Assembly: GCA_017992305.1 (NCBI GenBank)
Contig: JAGOOX010000002.1
Location: 1-42,709 of the forward strand
DNA length: 42,709 nucleotides
Source of the DNA: Minisyncoccota bacterium
GTDB lineage: Bacteria; Patescibacteriota; Minisyncoccia; Phycocordibacterales; UBA9973
Reading direction: 5' to 3'
This document shows positions 28,859 through 35,062 of the stretch, piece after piece; positions within the stretch are counted from its first letter, which is position 1; every line of letters begins with the position of its first letter. Made by a program: the position numbers and the translations under genes. The notes under the pieces are model-generated. The model was not told the DNA's origin and made no database searches. It saw only the letters and a program-made list of their open reading frames with translations.

Positions 28859-29140
28859 ATGGATATAAAAACTATTGATTATTTGGCTGATTTGGCCAGA
28901 TTGGGTATTGACGCCAATGAAAAGGAGGCTATGGTCAAAGACCTAGGTGGGGTTTTGGCTTATGTCGATCAAATCAGGGGTATTGCCAATAACTTGGGTG
29001 ATATTGAACCTGAGTATTTAAAAATAAACATCGCCGCCCATGACGAACCTATGCATGTTGGTGGTCAATATTCAGATGCAATTTTAAATGAAGCCCCAGG
29101 TCGTGAGACTGATTATGTTGTTGTTAAAAAGGTTTTATAA
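28859..29140 (+). CDS. gatC: Asp/Glu-tRNA amidotransferase subunit C
   Basis: 93 aa with LARLGIDANEKEAMVKDLGGVLAYVDQI. Immediately upstream of gatA. Confidence 0.85.
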   Translation: MDIKTIDYLADLARLGIDANEKEAMVKDLGGVLAYVDQIRGIANNLGDIEPEYLKINIAAHDEPMHVGGQYSDAILNEAPGRETDYVVVKKVL

Positions 29141-29143
29141 TTT

Positions 29144-30562
29144 ATGCATACATTTAATTCAATCCAAGATGCACACGATGCATTAATAAATAAAAAAATT
29201 ACAGTCACTAATTTGGTTAATCAGTATTTAAATGTGGCCAAGGCTAAAAACTCTGACATTTTTGCTTATGTTGAAATTTTTAATGACGCTGATATAGATG
29301 AACAAATCAAAAAAGCTCAATATATGATCGACAACGGTACTGCCACAGGCCTAACTGGTATACCCGTTGCAATCAAAGACAACATGCTTTTCGATGGACA
29401 CGGTGCTTCAGCTTGTTCTGGTATACTTGAAAATTATGTATCAACTTATGATGCGCATGTAGTAGCCGAATTAAAAAAGGCGGGGGCAATTATAATTGGC
29501 CGTACAAACATGGACGATGCGGCTATGGGCTCGTCAACTGAAACTAGTTTTTATGGTATTACTAAAAACCCATTAAATACCGACATGGTGCCAGGTGGTT
29601 CGTCAGGTGGTGCGGCAGCGTCTGTTGCTATGGGCGCCGCTATGATAGCGCTAGGTTCAGATACTGGTGGTTCGATTAGGCAGCCTTCGGGGTATTGCGG
29701 GCTTGTAGGATTCAAACCAACCTACGGTACAGTTTCGCGTAATGGTTTAATTGCATTAGCTAGTTCATTTGACCAAATTGGGCCACTAGCAAACAATATT
29801 TCTGATGCTAAAATTCTATTCGATACTATCGCAACTTATGACAGGCTTGATGCAACTTGTGTACCAATTGAAAATCGAAAATTTGATAAAAATGATTCTA
29901 AGAAAATTGGGGTCCCGCGTGCTTGGGTAAACGGTGAGGGTATTGATGAGGGTATTAAAAATAATTTTAATGAGTCACTAAAAAAATTAGAATCTCTAGG
30001 TTATGAATTAATTGATATTGATTTGCCAATGGCTGAAGCATCACTTGCTGTATATTATATTTTACTTCCTGCCGAGGCTTCGTCTAACTTGGCTCGATAT
30101 GATGGTATTCGTTACGGGGCATCGGTTAATGCTAATGATTTATTGGGCGTTTATAATGAAACCCGTGGGCAAAAATTTGGGCCCGAGGTTCGCCGTCGAA
30201 TACTATTGGGTACATATATATTGTCACATGGTTATTATGATGCATATTATCGAACCGCTTTAAAAATCAAAGACGCCATAACTGCCGAGCTTAAAAACAT
30301 TTTTGAAAAAGTTGATTTTATTGTTACACCCACAACTCCATTTTTAGCCTTTCCTTTTGGTTCAAAATCTGACGATCCAATTGCTATGAAATTGTCTGAC
30401 TTATTTTTAGCACCTGCTAATATTTCGGGTGTGCCTGCTATATCAATACCTTCGGGTAGTGCTGAAAACAATTTACAGCACTCAATTCAGTTCATGGGCC
30501 CTAATTTTTCAGATTATAAACTTTTTGAACTTGCAGAACAGTTCGAAAAATCGTTACAATAG
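29144..30562 (+). CDS. gatA: Asp/Glu-tRNA amidotransferase subunit A
   Basis: 472 aa with amidase signature GGSSGGAAASVA...GSDTGGSIRQPS. Confidence 0.95.
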   Translation: MHTFNSIQDAHDALINKKITVTNLVNQYLNVAKAKNSDIFAYVEIFNDADIDEQIKKAQYMIDNGTATGLTGIPVAIKDNMLFDGHGASACSGILENYVSTYDAHVVAELKKAGAIIIGRTNMDDAAMGSSTETSFYGITKNPLNTDMVPGGSSGGAAASVAMGAAMIALGSDTGGSIRQPSGYCGLVGFKPTYGTVSRNGLIALASSFDQIGPLANNISDAKILFDTIATYDRLDATCVPIENRKFDKNDSKKIGVPRAWVNGEGIDEGIKNNFNESLKKLESLGYELIDIDLPMAEASLAVYYILLPAEASSNLARYDGIRYGASVNANDLLGVYNETRGQKFGPEVRRRILLGTYILSHGYYDAYYRTALKIKDAITAELKNIFEKVDFIVTPTTPFLAFPFGSKSDDPIAMKLSDLFLAPANISGVPAISIPSGSAENNLQHSIQFMGPNFSDYKLFELAEQFEKSLQ

Positions 30563-30567
30563 AATAT

Positions 30568-31263
30568 ATGCAACCAGTTAATGTAGTTGATAAAGTTTCA
30601 AGCGTGCCGACCATTGAGCCGTCATATGTTAATTTGGATTACGTTTTTTATCAAATATTTAGTTTTGTTAGGGGGTTTGTTGCCTTTATTGCCGGGCTTT
30701 TAGGTTTTCGTATTGACAATGGTTCGACATTGGGCCGGGCGCTAAATTCGGGCGGTGGCGAAAGTGCTATTAGCTTGGGTCAAAAATGGCTGTCTATATA
30801 TAAATTAATTGTTTCAATTATTGCTGTTTTAGCAATTGCAATTATTATTTATTGCCTAGTTAGGCTTTGGGAAATTCGCAAAGAACAAAAAGAAAAAGAA
30901 AAACTAAATGAAGTTAAAATAATTGAAGAGGAAACCTATACACATACATTAAAATGGCAGGGTGTGTTAGATCATGCAAATAGTGACAACCCGTCAGATT
31001 GGAGGCTAGCCATACTTGAAGCCGACACAATGCTTGAATCGGCCAGTCAAAAATTACCAGTCGTTGCCGACACGCTAGGTGAACGTTTGAAAAAAATTGA
31101 TAAAGGCGACCTGCGTACACTTGATAATGCCTGGGAGGCCCACAAGGTTCGTAATCGTATTGCCCATGATGGCTTTGATTTTGAAATAACAAAACACGAA
31201 ACATTACGTGTTATAAACCTATTTGAATCAGTTTTGCGCGAATTAGGAGCAATTCAGAACTAA
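30568..31263 (+). CDS. two-TM membrane protein with a C-terminal helical domain carrying an Rx4H (HEPN-like) motif
   Basis: TMs FVAFIAGLLGF and LIVSIIAVLAIAIIIYCLV. C-terminus ...DNAWEAHKVRNRIAHDG. Confidence 0.7.
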   Translation: MQPVNVVDKVSSVPTIEPSYVNLDYVFYQIFSFVRGFVAFIAGLLGFRIDNGSTLGRALNSGGGESAISLGQKWLSIYKLIVSIIAVLAIAIIIYCLVRLWEIRKEQKEKEKLNEVKIIEEETYTHTLKWQGVLDHANSDNPSDWRLAILEADTMLESASQKLPVVADTLGERLKKIDKGDLRTLDNAWEAHKVRNRIAHDGFDFEITKHETLRVINLFESVLRELGAIQN

Positions 31264-31272
31264 CCTATATTG

Positions 31273-31343
31273 TTGCGGGTCGGGGAGTCGAACCCCATTC
31301 TTCAGGTTATGAGCCTGACGAGACACCGTTTCTCTAACCCGCT
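31273..31343 (-). tRNA. tRNA with CAU anticodon, initiator-like features (tentative tRNA-fMet)
   Basis: Hand-folded cloverleaf: D stem GAGA/UCUC with A11:U24, anticodon arm UCAGG-CUCAUAA-CCUGA, T arm UGGGG-UUCGACU-CCCCG, unpaired 1:72 (A/A). No encoded CCA. Confidence 0.7.
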
Positions 31344-31355
31344 ATGTAGGTTTAT

Positions 31356-31384
31356 AATATATCACACTAAAACCAACTTTGCAA
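31356..31384 (-). promoter_or_regulatory. sigma70-type promoter for the CAU tRNA
   Basis: On the minus strand TTGCAA-N17-TATATT, with the -10 box ending about 12 nt before the tRNA 5' end. Confidence 0.5.
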
Positions 31385-31386
31385 AT

Positions 31387-31418
31387 AAAAAGCCTTACTG
31401 GAATAAGTAAGGCTTTTT
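31387..31418. terminator. bidirectional hairpin terminator
   Basis: AGCCTTAC-TGGAATAA-GTAAGGCT flanked by AAAA and TTTTT. Confidence 0.65.
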
Positions 31419-31547
31419 ATTATTTTGCGCGGACTAGTGAATGAAGTGGGAACTGCTATTCACAGCCATAATGGTTATATTTATATACCTGATTTGAAAA
31501 AGTACAAGACTTAGAATAGTTCAAAATAAGCAGAATTTTATATCTGC

Positions 31548-32072
31548 TTATTTTTTTTCAACTTCTCCAAAACCATGTACACCTTTAAGCTTTTCTCGGA
31601 AGAGGGAGAGCATTTCTTCTCGTATTTCCTTATTAGACTCCTTTCCATAACTTCTTAGTAAGTAAACCCTACTGTGGACATCTAAGATGACTTCCTTCAT
31701 TGTTGAAAGTTTTTTCTTTTCTTCAGATAATTTACTAGTTGGGTTAAGAGAAGAGAAGTCATTAATGTTCTTTAGTGACACCAAATAAGCATCACATATC
31801 TCTTCAATTTTGGATGTAATGTTTGGAGAGTCAGTTCCTCTAAATTTAAAAATACCTTCCACCTGGGTTTCTACTGAAAGACAAGTTTCCAAGCTGTCAT
31901 TTACCAGACGAGATACTTCAGTTATATCAACTTTATTTTCTGGGTTAGAAGCACTTTTTTCTGTGTTCTCTTCTTTATTTATAGAAACAGGGCCTTGCTC
32001 AAATTTCGGTTTTTCCAACATGTGTTTATATGTGATTAAGTAGTAATTACTACTTAAGAGTATCAAAAGCAT
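31548..32072 (-). CDS. hypothetical protein (likely true start MLEKPKF at 32021, ~157 aa)
   Basis: Coding-like ORF. Its stop is embedded in a minus-strand terminator hairpin (31526-31551). No motif recognised. Confidence 0.6.
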   Translation of the reverse strand: MLLILLSSNYYLITYKHMLEKPKFEQGPVSINKEENTEKSASNPENKVDITEVSRLVNDSLETCLSVETQVEGIFKFRGTDSPNITSKIEEICDAYLVSLKNINDFSSLNPTSKLSEEKKKLSTMKEVILDVHSRVYLLRSYGKESNKEIREEMLSLFREKLKGVHGFGEVEKK

Positions 32073-32155
32073 ATGGAAATGTCAAAAAAAGAGGGAGTTC
32101 TATATCTAATACACCTGTAGCAAAAAGAGCCATATTTCTATAGCTCTTTTTTATT

Positions 32156-32340
32156 TGCGCGGTTGATGGAATAGGGGTGCTTTCCTTACAGGAACAGTAC
32201 AAGGGTGCTGGTCACAAATATTTCCTAGCCGTCGCTCGGAAATTTCGCTACCCCGGCTCGCGGTTTTGCGTGTTCGTAAAACATCGTTGTGTCTGTTAGT
32301 ATCCAACATAATGTCCATTGGACATTTCTTCATGCCCGCA
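32156..32340 (-). ncRNA. candidate structured ncRNA of unknown class (terminator-delimited, locally GC-enriched)
   Basis: Bounded by the tRNA-Asp terminator (32341-32365) and a second hairpin+T-run (32125-32150). Clearly GC-richer than its flanks. Contains short hairpins (ATGTCCA-T-TGGACAT, TTCC-TTACA-GGAA). The only ORF is a 60-aa Arg-rich one. Confidence 0.25.
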
Positions 32341-32365
32341 ATAATAAAAACCGCCCGAAGGCGGT
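32341..32365 (-). terminator. intrinsic terminator after tRNA-Asp
   Basis: On the minus strand ACCGCC-TTCG-GGCGGT followed by TTTTATTAT. Confidence 0.75.
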
Positions 32366-32377
32366 CTTTATTATTTG

Positions 32378-32451
32378 CGCAGTCGACGGGACTTGAACCC
32401 GCAACCTCCCGCGTGACAGGCGGGTGCTCTAACCAGTTGAGCTACGACTGC
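32378..32451 (-). tRNA. tRNA-Asp (GUC)
   Basis: Hand-folded: acceptor GCAGUCG/CGACUGC, D arm GCUC-AACUGGUUA-GAGC, anticodon arm CCCGC-CUGUCAC-GCGGG, T arm GCGGG-UUCAAGU-CCCGU, discriminator G. No encoded CCA. Confidence 0.9.
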
Positions 32452-32681
32452 AGTATTTTCTTTAAAAATCTTCTACCAGCAGATGTTTTCAAATATATCT
32501 CTCGAAGTCTAGCTTCTTTCATAGTTGAATACTGTTCTGTGTAAACGATTTTTAAATTCTTCATTTTCGAGGTTGTAAGCGTATCACCTCGTAGATGTTC
32601 ACTAAAACGTCTTGCAAGATTATTTGTAAAACCTTTGTAGAATTTACCCTTATCATCTTGTAAAACGTATACAATAAACAT
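32442..32681 (-). CDS. GIY-YIG nuclease-family small protein
   Basis: 79 aa: MFIVYVLQDDKGKFYKGFTNNLARRFSEH...REIYLKTSAGRRFLKK (GIY...YxG, R, E pattern). The last 10 nt overlap the 5' end of tRNA-Asp. Confidence 0.8.
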   Translation of the reverse strand: MFIVYVLQDDKGKFYKGFTNNLARRFSEHLRGDTLTTSKMKNLKIVYTEQYSTMKEARLREIYLKTSAGRRFLKKILQS

Positions 32682-32697
32682 ATATTAATTTTATAAA

Positions 32698-32757
32698 AAC
32701 CAGTTGAGCCCCGCCCGACTGAACGATGTCAGTCGTTCGGGCGGGTACGACTGCAGT
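32698..32757 (-). repeat. duplicated 24 nt of the tRNA-Asp 5' half, split by a 36-nt GC-rich palindrome
   Basis: AACCAGTTGAGC (32698-32709) + TACGACTGCAGT (32746-32757) equals 32431-32454 exactly. The insert CCCGCCCGACTGAACGATGTCAGTCGTTCGGGCGGG (32710-32745) folds as a long hairpin. Confidence 0.8.
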
Positions 32758-32806
32758 CTTTTATTTTTAACATAAAAACACAATAATTCCAAGCGTTTTT
32801 ATATTG

Positions 32807-32880
32807 TGTCGAGGGAGAGAATCGAACTCTCGACCTTAGCTTTATGAGTGCTACGCTCTAACCGACTGAGCTACCCCGAC
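32807..32880 (-). tRNA. tRNA with CAU anticodon (elongator Met or Ile2)
   Basis: Acceptor GUCGGGG/CCUCGAC, D arm GCUC-AGUCGGUUA-GAGC, anticodon loop CUCAUAA, T arm GAGAG-UUCGAUU-CUCUC, discriminator A. Confidence 0.85.
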
Positions 32881-32930
32881 ATATTTTATTCTTTTGTAAA
32901 TATTTATTATACCTGTTCGGCTCCGCAGAA

Positions 32931-32956
32931 TCTAACCAAAACAGCTACCCCGACAT
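32931..32956 (-). repeat. degenerate duplicate of the 5' end of the 32807-32880 tRNA
   Basis: TCTAACC-AAAACA-GCTACCCCGACAT versus TCTAACC-GACTGA-GCTACCCCGACAT at 32857-32882. Confidence 0.6.
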
Positions 32957-33039
32957 GAAGTTGACTATGTTTTTATAGCATAAAAAAGCTTTATTGAAAA
33001 GCGGGTGGTGTGTTTTTGTGCTATAATTTATTTTATAAA

Positions 33040-33672
33040 ATGATACAAACTTTTTCTCAAGGCTTTTTAATTTCGATAATTGCCACATTTCCAATTGGGG
33101 TGGTTTCGGCAATTGCTATTGCTCGAACCTTGCGTGGGGGTTACAAAGAGGGTTTTTTTACACTACTAGGTTCAAGTTTTGCCGACCTGCTAGCCTTTTT
33201 TATAATTTTATCAGGCCTTTCATTTTCGTTCACTAAAAACCCCGATGTTCGATTGGTATTATCACTTGTGGCAAGTATTGTAACTATTTTAATTGGTATT
33301 TCGGTTATAAAAAATAAAAACAAAAATGATGCCAAGGCTAAAAAGGTGGGGGGTGATGAAATCGAAGAGGAAACAAACAACTTTTTGTCAGGTTTTTTTG
33401 TAACAATACTAAACCCTTATCAATTTATTGCGTATTCGATATTTTTAACCTCTTTAAATATTCATTACTACAGCAAGTTTTTAATCAGAACTTTTTCACT
33501 AGGGGCTTTTTTTGGTTCATTCGTTTGGGCTATTGTCGTGCCATTGTTGGTCGTTAAATTAAAACAAGGCTATACTGACAAGGTTAACAAAATATACCCA
33601 TATATTGGTTATTTGATTATATTAGTAGGCTTGTCTTTGTTCGTTAGAGCTTTTTACTTATTTTTTAATTAA
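33040..33672 (+). CDS. LysE/RhtB-family-like small exporter (track ORF starts at GTG 33010; ATG 33040 more likely)
   Basis: Six hydrophobic helices, with N-terminal FPIG...G and a mid-protein FLSGFFVTILNPYQF motif resembling the LysE family. Confidence 0.6.
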   Translation: MIQTFSQGFLISIIATFPIGVVSAIAIARTLRGGYKEGFFTLLGSSFADLLAFFIILSGLSFSFTKNPDVRLVLSLVASIVTILIGISVIKNKNKNDAKAKKVGGDEIEEETNNFLSGFFVTILNPYQFIAYSIFLTSLNIHYYSKFLIRTFSLGAFFGSFVWAIVVPLLVVKLKQGYTDKVNKIYPYIGYLIILVGLSLFVRAFYLFFN

Positions 33673-33823
33673 AGTTTTGGTATTTAGTTAAAAAACTTTT
33701 TGGAGCCTTGTGATTTGGCCCATTATCAAAATAACCCAATATAAAACCGCACAATAATAGCGCCAAAATGGTTATAAATAGGGTGGTTTTTTTTGGGCCC
33801 TGCATATGCTAATATTGTAACAT

Positions 33824-34960
33824 ATGGAAATTAAAGTAGACACAACTGAACAAGACCAAATTTTAGCTGGTCTTTTGGCCAGAAATGACGCCGAAAGCCT
33901 GCGCATGCAACGCTATTTAGCCATGGCTGACCTATCTCGCACCGAGGGTAGCCCGCTTTATGAAATGGTAAAAAGAATCAAGGTATTAGACGAATTTAAA
34001 GACTTTGACGTAATTGAAGTGCCCGAGGTTGTTAGTACTGAAATTGGTTTTGACTTGTTTGATTTCCCAGCTGATCACCCAGCTCGTAGCAAAAGTGACA
34101 CATATTATATTAATGAAACCCACATATTACGTACACAAATGACTGTAATGTGGTACTACTATTTGAATAATGAAAATATAAAAAACAAAATGGCAAACAA
34201 TGAAGCGGTTGGTTGTTTTGCGCATGGTAAAGTGTACCGCAAAGACGAAATTGATCGCAGGCACATGAATATTTTTCATCAACTTGATGGTTGGTATTTA
34301 ATACCCAAAGAAAAAGGCACAATTACCCGTACTGATTTAGAGCGAGTTTTAACTGAAACTGTTTTGGCTGTTTTTGGTAATGATACTAAATACCGTTTTA
34401 ACCCCGACACTTTCCCATATACTGACCCTTCGCTTGAAATGGAAATTGAAGTTGACGGCAAATGGGTTGAAGTAAATGGTGCGGGTGTTGTACGTGCAAG
34501 CGTACTAGAAAAATTAGGTATTGATTCAACTAAATGGACAGGCTGGGCTTTTGGTTTGGGGCTTGAAAGGCTTGCGATAATTTCAACTCAACTACCAGAT
34601 ATTCGTTTACTATGGTCAAGCGACGAGCGGGTTAAAAAGCAATTGGTTTTAGGTAATATTTATAAAGAGGTCAGCCGTTACCCGGCCGTAATTCGCGATA
34701 TTTCATTCGTTGTTTCAAAAACATTTTCACCAAATGATTATTTTGATTTGGTACGTGACGTATTGGGCGATATGGCCGAAGAGGTTGCATTAATGGACGA
34801 ATACGAAAATGATGCAAAATTTGGAGCTGATAAAAAAAGCTATGCCTACCGCATAACATACCGATCATTAGATCGAACCCTAACCGATGACGAAGTCAAC
34901 ACACTACACAAACAACTTGAAACAAAAACAACCGAAGTGTTCGGCGCGACCATTCGCTAA
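33824..34960 (+). CDS. pheS: phenylalanine-tRNA ligase, catalytic alpha-type core fused to a C-terminal FDX-ACB-type domain
   Basis: Class II motifs 2 (YRKDEIDRRHMNIFHQLDG) and 3 (GWAFGLGLERLA). The C-terminal ~93 aa YPAVIRDISFVV...KKSYAYRITYRSLDRTLTDDEV...GATIR matches the PheT/mitochondrial anticodon-binding domain pattern. No pheT downstream. Confidence 0.85.
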   Translation: MEIKVDTTEQDQILAGLLARNDAESLRMQRYLAMADLSRTEGSPLYEMVKRIKVLDEFKDFDVIEVPEVVSTEIGFDLFDFPADHPARSKSDTYYINETHILRTQMTVMWYYYLNNENIKNKMANNEAVGCFAHGKVYRKDEIDRRHMNIFHQLDGWYLIPKEKGTITRTDLERVLTETVLAVFGNDTKYRFNPDTFPYTDPSLEMEIEVDGKWVEVNGAGVVRASVLEKLGIDSTKWTGWAFGLGLERLAIISTQLPDIRLLWSSDERVKKQLVLGNIYKEVSRYPAVIRDISFVVSKTFSPNDYFDLVRDVLGDMAEEVALMDEYENDAKFGADKKSYAYRITYRSLDRTLTDDEVNTLHKQLETKTTEVFGATIR

Positions 34961-35043
34961 TAAAAACCTTGTTTTTAGGGCTATTTATACAACATAAAAC
35001 AAATAAGTATACCGATAAAATGCTTGGTGTATATGGCTATTTT

Positions 35044-35052
35044 TGGTATAAT
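35044..35052 (+). promoter_or_regulatory. extended -10 TGgTATAAT, 11 nt before the gyrB ATG
   Basis: TGGTATAAT at 35044-35052 and ATG at 35063. No SD between them. Confidence 0.45.
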
Positions 35053-35062
35053 AAATTGATAT

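Noticed and set aside
32156-32340. Identifying the GC-rich orphan segment as SRP (4.5S) RNA, 6S RNA or an intron-containing tRNA
   Set aside because: I could not find the SRP helix-8 GGAA-tetraloop/AGCA motif, complementary 5'/3' ends for a 6S-type rod, or an acceptor-stem partner for the ...CCGCGCA 3' end. It stays as an unknown-class candidate.
33665-33805. 46-aa minus-strand single-TM micro-ORF (MQGPKKTTLFITILALLLCGFILGYF...); likewise a 43-aa minus-strand ORF at 37153-37284
   Set aside because: Both are plausible small membrane peptides, but they have no SD, no clear promoter and no conservation information. Not enough support to call them as genes.
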